NCBI GenBank assembly: GCA_028293425.1
Contig: JAQGOV010000389.1
Coordinates: 1 to 54,125 of the forward strand
Direction: 5' to 3'
DNA length: 54,125 nucleotides
DNA from: Verrucomicrobiales bacterium
GTDB taxonomy: Bacteria; Verrucomicrobiota; Verrucomicrobiia; Limisphaerales; JAQGOV01
The stretch's first letter is position 1. Each line of letters starts with the position of its first letter. Below are positions 1 to 8,439 of the stretch, piece by piece. The position numbers were made by a program, and so were the translations under genes. The notes beneath the pieces are model-generated. The model did not search any database. It saw nothing but the letters and a program-made list of their open reading frames with translations, and was not told the origin of the DNA.

Positions 1-131
1 AAAAGGACGGCGGCCTCACCGAGGAAGAACGGGACAAAGTGGCTTGGGAGCTGGGCATCTTTCCTCCGCCTGACATGCTCCCAACCCCCAGCAAAGTTGA
101 ACCGGCACCTCTCACCGAGAAGGAACCGTGA
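1..131 (+). CDS. 3' end of an unidentified CDS entering from upstream of the window (partial)
   Basis: Frame 3 is open from the window edge to TGA at 129-131 (..WELGIFPPPDMLPTPSKVEPAPLTEKEP*) with coding-like third positions. A second frame is also open here, so support is weak. Confidence 0.25.
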   Translation, partial: KDGGLTEEERDKVAWELGIFPPPDMLPTPSKVEPAPLTEKEP

Positions 132-432
132 GGTTCCTGTTCGCGCCTTTACGGTCTCGGCGCCTTTGCGTTGAACCTGCCCTGACACCAACCCAACGCT
201 CCCATATCGAATGGAAAAATAGAAAACGAGAAACAGAGTCTCAGACCAAATCAGAATCACGCATCACGCATTACGCCTCAAACCTATGAACGCTCTCAAC
301 TGCGTAGGAGACGACGTGAGGAGGCTGAGTGTAAGGACCACAGGTGTCGGTTTCGGTTTGCAGATAAACTGCGAAAGGTTTAGGGTAAGGCCATTCATCC
401 ATGCCTTTATGTACAGCTTTAGAAGGGGCGTC

Positions 433-1848
433 ATGCAACTGAGACGGAGTATCGCAGGCTTTGGCGTAGCCGTTGGAGTTGCGTTGGGGCTCGGGACATT
501 GGACGCCTGTGTGCAGGCCTCGTCATTTTCGATTGTTCATGACTTCAGCGTCGGAGCCACGAATGGTGGCGGGTATTACTACGTCAAGCACCCGATCGAA
601 GGCAGTGATCATCGCCTCTACGGAACTACCTCGGCCGGGGGGAGCTATTCCAATGGCACAGTTTTCAGATTGGAACGCGATGGCAGCGGGTATACGGCGT
701 TGCACAGCTTTTTGGGTCAGCCAACAGACGGCGCCTCCCCGGAGGCGGGCGTTATCGAGGGCTCTGACGGGAAGCTTTATGGCACCACCATTTCGGGCGG
801 AGCCGCCAACCGAGGCACTATTTTTCGACTGAATCTAAACGGCAGCGGCTACGAGGTGGTCCATCATTTTTCGCTCAATCCATCCGACGGCAATTCGCCG
901 CGGGCCGCGCTCCTGGAAGGCAGCGATGGTCGTTTGTATGGAACTACGTATGGAGGAGGAACCAACGGCCAAGGGACAGTCTTTGCGCTGAACAAGCATG
1001 GCAGCGGTTTCGTGGTCATTCGCAGCCTGCTGGCATCCACGGATGATGCAGGGTATCCGGAGGGACCACTGATTGAGGGGAACGATGGAGCGCTCTACGG
1101 GGCAAGCACCAGTGGAGGCATTCTCAATTCAGGAGCTCTTTTCAGACTGCAGAAGGACGGGACTTACGCTGTTTTGCGCCTGTATTCGAATGGAGCTTCG
1201 GAAGGAACCCTCCCGCGGGACGCGCTGCTGGAAGGGGCTGACGGCAGGCTGTATGGGACAACCCGAGGAGGTGGAACCTCCAACGCAGGGACGGTGTTCC
1301 GAATCGCCAAAAATGGAAGCGCCTACACCGTGCTCCACCACTTTGCGGGAGGAGTGGCGGATGGCAGGACTCCGGACGCTGCATTGGTGGAAGGCCGTGA
1401 TGGTTTACTTTATAGCAGCACAATATCTGGAGGCGCCTTTGATGCAGGCACGCTCTATCGCGTCAGCAAAGATGGTTCTCACTTTGAATTGCTGCATCAC
1501 TTCACCGCAAGCGGGGATACAGGCTATCACCCGAATGAGGGATTAGTGGCCGCTCACGATGGAGCGCTCTATGGATCTGCGCCTGGCGGACACGGCGTCA
1601 GGGATCCGAAGCACGAATTCGGATTTATTTTCCGCCTTGGCCATCAGCTCGGTTTTTTGTGGAATGGAAGTCAGGCGCACCTGGTGGCCACTGGCATCGC
1701 AGGTTATACGTATGCAATCCAGCACTCGTCCGATCTCGCCGCATGGGCCACACTGGAGACAGTCGTGATGCCCGAGGGAGGACAGTTCGAAAAGGATTAC
1801 TCTGTGCCGCAAGGCAACATGGGGTTCTTCAGGTTACGGGTGCCGTAG
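433..1848 (+). CDS. Secreted GloVer (Gloeo_Verruco) tandem-repeat protein
   Basis: ATG 433 gives a signal-peptide-like N-terminus (MQLRRSIAGFGVAVGVALGLGTLDACVQA). About 8 tandem ~50-aa repeats follow the pattern GTVFRL-DGSGY-x-LHSF-x-DG-x-P-x-L[IL]EGSDGxLYGTT-x-GG, typical of the Gloeo_Verruco repeat family (family name from memory). The C-terminal module ends GFFRLRVP. The ORF-track start at 286 is probably too far upstream. Confidence 0.75.
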   Translation: MQLRRSIAGFGVAVGVALGLGTLDACVQASSFSIVHDFSVGATNGGGYYYVKHPIEGSDHRLYGTTSAGGSYSNGTVFRLERDGSGYTALHSFLGQPTDGASPEAGVIEGSDGKLYGTTISGGAANRGTIFRLNLNGSGYEVVHHFSLNPSDGNSPRAALLEGSDGRLYGTTYGGGTNGQGTVFALNKHGSGFVVIRSLLASTDDAGYPEGPLIEGNDGALYGASTSGGILNSGALFRLQKDGTYAVLRLYSNGASEGTLPRDALLEGADGRLYGTTRGGGTSNAGTVFRIAKNGSAYTVLHHFAGGVADGRTPDAALVEGRDGLLYSSTISGGAFDAGTLYRVSKDGSHFELLHHFTASGDTGYHPNEGLVAAHDGALYGSAPGGHGVRDPKHEFGFIFRLGHQLGFLWNGSQAHLVATGIAGYTYAIQHSSDLAAWATLETVVMPEGGQFEKDYSVPQGNMGFFRLRVP

Positions 1849-2299
1849 GAGAGCGTGAAGCGGACCAGCAATACGGCAAGTTCGGTAGCGCTGAGTCTGG
1901 CCTGAGTCTCCGTGCCCCTCATCCGGCTGCGCCACCTTCTCCCGCGGGAGAAGGGTATACACAGTCTCACGCGGGTTTGAGGTTGCAGATCATCTGGCTT
2001 CGTCTCCGCTTTGATTGACACGTTTGAAGAGACTGAACGAGTTGGTTGAATAACCGCAAAGGCAAGCAAGGCGATGTGGAGTCATCCAGCCGTTGTGTCG
2101 AAAGGGGAAATTGTTTGATGATAGAGTGACAAATTTAGGCCAGGACTTGACCGGTGGTCGTATAAATCATTACTTATTTAAGAGACTTCTGACGTCATCT
2201 TCTACGGAGTTAAAATTGATCCAGCCCACCTTTTTTCTTGCGTCAGGAGGAGCATCCTCGCAGGTTGGTTGAGCAATTTCAGCATTGAGCGCAACGACT

Positions 2300-3163
2300 A
2301 TGGCAACAAATCGAATCGGCATTATTGGCGGCAGCGGCTTGTATCACATTGAAGGCTTCACCAAACAAAAATGGGTGACCGTGAAAACGCCTTTTGGCAA
2401 TCCCTCAGACAGCCTGCTGACCGGGAAGTTGAGCGGGCGGGATGTGGTTTTTCTGCCCCGTCATGCCCGGGGACATCGAATCCTGCCTTCGGAGCTGAAC
2501 CATCGGGCCAACATGTGGGCGATGAAAAAGCTAGGGGTTTCGTGGGTGATCAGCGTGAGCGCGGTAGGCTCGCTGCAAGCGCAGTACAAGCCTTGCGACA
2601 TTGTGCTGCCAAACCAGTTTTTTGACCGGACCAAGCAGTCGCAGAACCACACCTTCTTTGGCCGCGGGATCGTGGCGCACATCGCCTTTGCCGATCCGAT
2701 TTGCGAAGAATTGCGCCAGCTTATCCTGCTGAGCTGCCGGAAGCAGGGGGCCACCGTTCATGACGGCGGCACCTACGTGAACATGGAAGGCCCGGCATTC
2801 AGCACCCGTGCTGAGTCCATGGCAAACCACGCAGCGGGGTTTGACGTGATCGGGATGACAAACCTCGGGGAAGCCAAGTGTGCCCGCGAGGCTGAGATTG
2901 CCTACTCCACAATGGCGATGGTGACAGATTATGACTGTTGGAAAATGGATGAAGCGCATGTAACGGTGGAGATGGTGATCGACAACTTGCGAAGAAACGC
3001 GGAGCAAGCCAAGGCGATCCTGAAGGACACGATTCCGCTAATCCCGAAGGAGCCGAACTGGCCGTGCCACGATGCACTGCGGAATGCAATTATGACGGAT
3101 AAAAAGGCCTGGCCGTTGAAGACGAGAAAAGAGCTGCGGCTGCTGCTGGAGAAGTATTTGTGA
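2300..3163 (+). CDS. mtnP: S-methyl-5'-thioadenosine phosphorylase
   Basis: IGIIGGSGLY, FGNPSD, FLPRHARGHRILPSELNHRANMWAMKKLGV and MEGPAFSTRAES are classic PNP/MTAP family blocks. The length fits. The start is ATG 2300 or the in-frame TTG at 2285. Confidence 0.85.
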   Translation: MATNRIGIIGGSGLYHIEGFTKQKWVTVKTPFGNPSDSLLTGKLSGRDVVFLPRHARGHRILPSELNHRANMWAMKKLGVSWVISVSAVGSLQAQYKPCDIVLPNQFFDRTKQSQNHTFFGRGIVAHIAFADPICEELRQLILLSCRKQGATVHDGGTYVNMEGPAFSTRAESMANHAAGFDVIGMTNLGEAKCAREAEIAYSTMAMVTDYDCWKMDEAHVTVEMVIDNLRRNAEQAKAILKDTIPLIPKEPNWPCHDALRNAIMTDKKAWPLKTRKELRLLLEKYL

Positions 3164-3342
3164 GGGCGTGAAATTAAGGACGAAACCAGAATGGAGAATG
3201 ACAAATCTTTATGGGGTAAGAACCCTATATTGAGTCCTGATGCCACCCCCTATCGTGAGCTCACAATCCTAACATAAACCAGTGGTTGAGGGCAGATTTT
3301 GAGCGGCAAACACAAAAACAATGGATTGAGGGACAACCTTAT

Positions 3343-4032
3343 ATGACCGACAAACCAACGATCAAGGTGCTGGTAGTGGATGATCATCCGGTGTTTCGTG
3401 AAGGTTTGAAGCTCCTCCTGAATTCCGCAGGCGACATCCAGGTGATTGGGGAAGCCGAAAATGGAAGGCAAGCGGTCCAGTTAGCCCAACAATTACGACC
3501 CGACGTTATCCTGCTCGACATTGCCATGCCGGTTCTGAACGGCATAGAAGCCTCACGCCAAATTTTGCGCGATCTCCCGACAGCGCGGGTGTTAATTTTA
3601 TCCTCGTACCGTGAAGATGAGTTCGTTCGTACAGCGTTAAACAATGGGGTGGCTGGCTATGTTGCCAAGCACAGCGCAACCAAGGAAGTCCTGGACGCTA
3701 TCCGGTCGGTTCACGCGAAAAACAACTATTTCAGCGCCTCGATCGCCAAGCGGCTCAATAACCTGGTGAGAAACCGCTTCCAAGCCGGGAAGACTGGCGA
3801 CTGGGATGTGCCGCACCTGACCTCGCGGGAAACCGAAACCCTGCAGTTAATCGCCGAGGGGCATGGAAACAAGCAAATCGCTTCCATCCTGGGGATCAGC
3901 GTCAAGACGGTGGAGAAACACCGGCAGCAGCTTATGGAGAAACTCAACTTGCACGACATCGCGGGGTTGACCCGTTATGCCATTTCCCGCGGCATGGTAG
4001 AAGCCACTCCCGCTTTGCCCGCAATGGTGTAA
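3343..4032 (+). CDS. NarL/FixJ-family response regulator (REC + LuxR-type HTH)
   Basis: KVLVVDDHPVFREG, the phospho-acceptor context ILLDIAMP, and the C-terminal LTSRETETLQLIAEGHGNKQIASILGISVKTVEKHR HTH. ATG 3343 (MTDKPTIKVLVVDD) is preferred over the ORF-track start at 3286. Confidence 0.9.
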   Translation: MTDKPTIKVLVVDDHPVFREGLKLLLNSAGDIQVIGEAENGRQAVQLAQQLRPDVILLDIAMPVLNGIEASRQILRDLPTARVLILSSYREDEFVRTALNNGVAGYVAKHSATKEVLDAIRSVHAKNNYFSASIAKRLNNLVRNRFQAGKTGDWDVPHLTSRETETLQLIAEGHGNKQIASILGISVKTVEKHRQQLMEKLNLHDIAGLTRYAISRGMVEATPALPAMV

Positions 4033-4044
4033 TATTAAGGCCAT

Positions 4045-5397
4045 ATGAAACAGACCCTTCGATTGCTGTTAATTGAAGATTCCGAGGACGACGCCCTGTT
4101 CCTGATTCGAACGCTTCGCAAAGCTGAGTTTGAGCTCCTGACTGAGCGCGTGGAGACGGAGCAGGAAATGAGAGATGCACTGGCGCGTCAGCCCTGGGAT
4201 TTCGTGATTTCGGATTACGTACTGCCGGGATTTGGAGGCCTCAAAGCATTGGAAGTCCTACAAAGCATAGGTTTGGACCTGCCGTTCATTATCGTTTCGG
4301 GCCATATTGGCGAGGACATCGCCGTGGAAGCGATGAAAGCCGGGGCGCATGATTACGTAATGAAGGATCACCTGGCTCGGCTGATTCCGGCGGTCCGCCG
4401 CGAGTTGACCGAAGCCGAAGTGCGCAAGGCGCGCAAGCAGGCAGAGCAGGAACTGGCGAATAAAGCGGTGGAGCTGGAAAAACACGTGACCCAGCTCCGA
4501 GCGGCGGAAGATGAACTGCGCCAGAAAAACGAGCGTTTGCGCAAGGCAAGCGAAGAGTTGGAAGCCCGGGTCCGTGAGCGGACCTCAGACCTGAGCGCAG
4601 CCCTCCGCGAGTTGCGGCGCCAAATTACCGAACGCCAGCGTCTCGAAAACGAACTGCTCGACATCACGGAAAAAGAAAGAGCGCGCATCGGCCTGGATTT
4701 GCATGATGACCTGGGCCAGCACCTTCATGGCATTGCGCTGATGATGGAAGCCCTCCACATCAAGCTGGTGCAAAAGCAATCGGACCTGGCAAAGGACGTC
4801 GAAAAAATCAAAACGCGACTTTCAAAAGCGATCAGTTACACCCATGACCTGGCACATGACATGGCTTCGCTGGAACTGCGGGCCAAAGATCTGACGACGG
4901 CTTTAACCGACTTAACCACGCACATCACGGAATCCTTCGACATTGCCTGCCGGTTCAACGTCAATGGCGAGGTGCCCGCGTTGGCAGGCAACAGTGTGGT
5001 GCATCTTTACAAGATAGCCCAGGAAGCTGCGACGAATGCGATCAAGCATGCCAAAGGGACTGAGATCGTTTTCGACCTGCTGATTGAAAATGGAAATCTG
5101 ATTTTGAAGATTCAGAACGACGGCAACCCATTTCCGCAGCACATTCAGGTCAACGACCGGATGGGGCTCAAGATCATGAACTATCGCGCAAACGTTCTGG
5201 GTGGCACGTTCTCCATCGGCACGGAAAATCAGTTAACGACGGTTTGTTGCACCATTCCCCTGCAGGAAGCCAAGGCTCAGACCGCGGTGGACACTCATTT
5301 CCTGAATGGGACGTCCAATGGGGGACCGGCGGCTTTTCCAGTCGACAGCCAACCGAATGGCAGCCGCATCGGGATCGAGCAGCCAAGTCTTGCCTAA
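4045..5397 (+). CDS. Soluble receiver-fused histidine kinase (REC - coiled coil - HisKA_3 - HATPase_c)
   Basis: N-terminal REC (RLLLIEDSEDD .. VISDYVLPG .. IIVSGH). A long E/R/K/L-rich coiled coil follows. The H-box is ERARIGLDLHDDLGQHL (HisKA_3 type). The ATPase shows N-box AQEAATNAIKHA and a G-box-like MGLKIMNYRANVLGG. No transmembrane or PAS/GAF segment is visible. Confidence 0.85.
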   Translation: MKQTLRLLLIEDSEDDALFLIRTLRKAEFELLTERVETEQEMRDALARQPWDFVISDYVLPGFGGLKALEVLQSIGLDLPFIIVSGHIGEDIAVEAMKAGAHDYVMKDHLARLIPAVRRELTEAEVRKARKQAEQELANKAVELEKHVTQLRAAEDELRQKNERLRKASEELEARVRERTSDLSAALRELRRQITERQRLENELLDITEKERARIGLDLHDDLGQHLHGIALMMEALHIKLVQKQSDLAKDVEKIKTRLSKAISYTHDLAHDMASLELRAKDLTTALTDLTTHITESFDIACRFNVNGEVPALAGNSVVHLYKIAQEAATNAIKHAKGTEIVFDLLIENGNLILKIQNDGNPFPQHIQVNDRMGLKIMNYRANVLGGTFSIGTENQLTTVCCTIPLQEAKAQTAVDTHFLNGTSNGGPAAFPVDSQPNGSRIGIEQPSLA

Positions 5398-5723
5398 AAA
5401 CGACTTGAGTTAGGCCCATATGGCACGGTGAGCCCGCGAAAGTGTGGACTTTTGCTTGTCGGCCGAGGAGCCCATAGCTTTCGGCGCATCTGGCAATTAC
5501 GACCAAGTGTACGCTGGAAGCTAAAACTGAAAAAGACATGAGCAGTGGACATTCTCTCCCCGCCCTTCTTTGGGATCTTTGGTAAAGGAGAGGGGGACAC
5601 GCTTCGCCTTGGCTGGTACTTCCGGGATCTGCCAATTGTTTCCCGGAGCCGAAATTTTGCATTTCCCTTTTTAGCCCCTGTGTTTAAGCTCATTGGCTTA
5701 ATTAAATCGAATTTGTTAAATTT

Positions 5724-7787
5724 ATGGCCGCAGATACATCCGTAGTTAAACCTGTAGAAGCTCCCCCGCTTTCTCCTTTCAATCTGAAATCCAAACTGGC
5801 CGGCACACCTGGCAAGCCAAAATACTCGGTCACCGTCAAGAACGGCAAAGGCGAGGATGTAGTGCTAGGGGACCCGAAGGCTACGCGCGGGCTGGTGGCA
5901 TTGATGGACCTTCATGCTGTCAATGGCGGCGCGGCCTCCCACTGGGGCGGCCCGGCTGCCTTCGCGGAAATCATGGCGGCCATCCACGGCGTGATGTTCG
6001 CCAGCACAGGGCGTCCCTGGCATGAAGCCTTCAATTTTGTTAATGACGCTGGCCACACCGAAAACGGAGTTTATGCCTTGCGCGCGAATTACGGATTCGA
6101 TGGCATGACCTTTGAGTCACTTAAAGGATTCCGAAGCCTGACCAGCAAGCTGACCGGTCACGGAGAATCGCATTTAAATCCCGAAGGCGTATTGATCAGC
6201 AACGGCCCGCTGGGGTCCGGCCTTCCCCAGGCACAAGGTCTGGCGATTGGCGACAAGATTGCCAAACGGGATCGCGTGACGATTTGCACGGTGTCGGATG
6301 GTGCGTCGATGGAAGGCGAAGCAAAGGAAGCATTCGCAGCCATTCCGGGCCTGGCGGCCAAGGATCGAGTGAATCCTTTTGTGCTGGTGATTTCCGACAA
6401 CGACACCAAGCTGTCCGGGCGCATCACCAAGGACTCCTTCTCAATGCAGCGATCGTTCCAAGCCATGGGATCGCTAGGCTGGAATGTAATTACCGTTCCG
6501 CACGGGCATGACCTGCAAGCTGTTTACCTGGCGATTGAGAAGGGCATTGAACAGGCCAAAGCCAACCCGAATTACCCGGTTTGCCTTTGGGTGAAAACCA
6601 TCAAGGGTTACGGTGTGAAATCGACCGAGGAAAACGCAGCGGGCGGCCACGGTTTCCCTTTGGCGAACGGCGAGAAGATCGTTGAATTCGTGAGCGAGAT
6701 TTTTGGCGGCCAGCCTCCAGAAGAATTTGCCAACTGGTCCAAGGCGCTACGCATGGATTGGGAACAAAAAGAAGCAGCCAAGAAGGCCAAGGCAGCAAGT
6801 GTCCCGGCGGCTGCTCCATCGGTGAAAAAGGACAAGGTCCAGACTGGCCTGGCCAAAGGCGCCGTGCGCGCCGCGCAGGAAGGATTGCCTGTTTATTCCG
6901 TTTCCTCGGATGTGCAAGGTTCCACGGGCATCAGCCTTTTCCAGAAGAGTTTCCCGGACCGCTACATCGAGGTTGGCATTGCTGAAGCGAACATGATTAG
7001 CACTGCAGCGGGCCTGGCGAAAACCGGTTTCATTCCGATTGTGGATACCTTCGGACAGTTCGGCGTCACGAAAGGCAACCTCCCGTTGACGATGGCGGCC
7101 CTGTCACAGGCTCCCGTGATTGCATTATTTTCACACATTGGATTCCAGGATGCGGCCGATGGCGCGTCGCACCAGGCGACCACCTATTTGGCAGCGACCT
7201 CTCCCATACCGCATACAACCGTCATCTCTCCGTCATGCTCGGATGAGGCTGAAGCGTTCATGTATGAGGCGATCAAGCGCTATGGGGCAGATCGTCAGGC
7301 GGGCAAAGATGGCCACAACTATATCTTCTTCGTGGGCCGCGAAAATTATCCCCTGTCCTGGGTGGAGAATGCCAAATACGAATGGGGCAAGGCCCAGGTG
7401 TTGCAGGAAGGACGCGACGTGGTGCTGATCGCGTGCGGAGTGCTGCTGAACAAAGCTATTGAAGCGGGCAAACAACTGGCGGGCCGAGGAATCGCGGCTA
7501 CCGTGATCAACAATCCGTTCATCAACGAGGTGGACCTCGACACGATTGGGGCAGCAGTGAAATCCTGCGGACGAGTGGTGACTATCGAAGATCATCAGAT
7601 TATTGGCGGCATGGGCGCGCAGGTTTCGCACGCACTCTCGCGGGCGGGCATTGCTCACAAAATTAAGAGCCTGGGAATTCCGGGCGAGTTTGGCCAATCG
7701 GCGTATGTGGCGGAGGATCTTTACAAGCTGCACGGTCTCACGACCGAAAAAATGGTGGAAGCCGCAGTTGGATTAGTAAAAGGCTGA
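5724..7787 (+). CDS. Transketolase-family thiamine-diphosphate enzyme
   Basis: TPP-binding block VSDGASMEGEAKEAF .. VISDNDTKLSGR. Pyrimidine-binding block FPDRYIEVGIAEANMISTAAGLAKTGFIP. The C-terminal domain is present. The N-terminal ASHWGGPAAFAEIMAAIHGVMF resembles the animal-type TK motif rather than the canonical bacterial SGHPG motif. Confidence 0.8.
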   Translation: MAADTSVVKPVEAPPLSPFNLKSKLAGTPGKPKYSVTVKNGKGEDVVLGDPKATRGLVALMDLHAVNGGAASHWGGPAAFAEIMAAIHGVMFASTGRPWHEAFNFVNDAGHTENGVYALRANYGFDGMTFESLKGFRSLTSKLTGHGESHLNPEGVLISNGPLGSGLPQAQGLAIGDKIAKRDRVTICTVSDGASMEGEAKEAFAAIPGLAAKDRVNPFVLVISDNDTKLSGRITKDSFSMQRSFQAMGSLGWNVITVPHGHDLQAVYLAIEKGIEQAKANPNYPVCLWVKTIKGYGVKSTEENAAGGHGFPLANGEKIVEFVSEIFGGQPPEEFANWSKALRMDWEQKEAAKKAKAASVPAAAPSVKKDKVQTGLAKGAVRAAQEGLPVYSVSSDVQGSTGISLFQKSFPDRYIEVGIAEANMISTAAGLAKTGFIPIVDTFGQFGVTKGNLPLTMAALSQAPVIALFSHIGFQDAADGASHQATTYLAATSPIPHTTVISPSCSDEAEAFMYEAIKRYGADRQAGKDGHNYIFFVGRENYPLSWVENAKYEWGKAQVLQEGRDVVLIACGVLLNKAIEAGKQLAGRGIAATVINNPFINEVDLDTIGAAVKSCGRVVTIEDHQIIGGMGAQVSHALSRAGIAHKIKSLGIPGEFGQSAYVAEDLYKLHGLTTEKMVEAAVGLVKG

Positions 7788-7809
7788 GCCGAAGTAAAAC
7801 TGATTACGC

Positions 7810-7840
7810 AAAGAGCTCGCAGCGTGCTGCGGGCTCTTTA
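7810..7840. terminator. Hairpin between convergent genes (terminator-like)
   Basis: AAAGAGCTCGCAGC / GCTGCGGGCTCTTT form a ~13-bp stem with one G-U pair between the transketolase-family stop (7787) and the stop of the minus-strand gene at 7879. The U-tract is weak. Confidence 0.4.
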
Positions 7841-7878
7841 GCTTTCAACTGGGGGCACGGGAAAAGCGAAGCCGAAAG

Positions 7879-8331
7879 CTAACCCTCCATAGCATCCAAA
7901 CCCAGCACCCGTGCTTCCAACGCGCGCTTTTTGGCGTCGGCGTTGCCATATTTGCGAATGGAGAAAAGCTTCTTTTTTACAACATTTGGCTGCGGGCTCC
8001 AGGTGGCTTCCCAAAACTCGTAAGCCTTTTGGTTGACTACCTTGATGCATTTGCGGACGCCGATGACACCTTTCCGGCCAAAATTGGAACGGCGCAGTTC
8101 GGCCATCTCCCTGCGAGAAAGCCGCGGATAGGCCTGATCCATCTTGAGGGCGAAGACCTCGGCAGCTTTGCGGCAAAGCACTTTGGTTTTGAAACGGCTG
8201 AAATTAAAAACTTCGTAGATCCGCTGGCGGCGCCGATTCAGCTTCACCAAGTAGCCGACCTGACCGTGCTCCGGATAGTTGACGTGGTAAAGGAGCGGAA
8301 TTCTGGTCGCTCTCAAGCCTTTGGTTTTCAT
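7879..8331 (-). CDS. Small AP2/ERF-like DNA-binding protein (two AP2-like half repeats), putative
   Basis: Only the last 150 codons of the 439-aa track ORF are kept (ATG at 8331, MKTKGLRATR..). KGVIGVRKCIKVVNQKAYEFWEATW..KKKLFSIRKYGNADAKKRALEAR follows the AP2 pattern GV..W.A....K..F....A..A...R. A weaker first copy is GYLVKLNRRRQRIYEVFNF...CRKAAEVFA. The upstream part of the ORF is antisense to the 8440..9705 gene. Confidence 0.4.
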   Translation of the reverse strand: MKTKGLRATRIPLLYHVNYPEHGQVGYLVKLNRRRQRIYEVFNFSRFKTKVLCRKAAEVFALKMDQAYPRLSRREMAELRRSNFGRKGVIGVRKCIKVVNQKAYEFWEATWSPQPNVVKKKLFSIRKYGNADAKKRALEARVLGLDAMEG

Positions 8332-8439
8332 GTTCCGCAAAAAAGTTTCCTGCCGGGCCCGCGCTGCCAAGACAGGGGGCTGATCATAGGTTAATAGTAT
8401 ACATAAGGAAGAACGAGATGCTTTACTTTTTTTTGAAAA

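Noticed and set aside
1935-1954. Perfect 20-bp palindrome CCTTCTCCCGCGGGAGAAGG, located 87 nt downstream of the GloVer gene stop.
   Set aside because: It could be a terminator stem or a protein-binding site. No U-tract follows it, I saw no second copy in the window, and I have no way to assign a function from sequence alone.
2070-2284. Possible riboswitch or leader upstream of mtnP. I also looked upstream of the transketolase-family gene (5398..5723) and the SorA-like gene (13353..13462).
   Set aside because: By eye I could not find SAM, TPP or Moco riboswitch core motifs or convincing conserved stem architecture. A covariance-model scan (Infernal/Rfam) would be needed to settle this.
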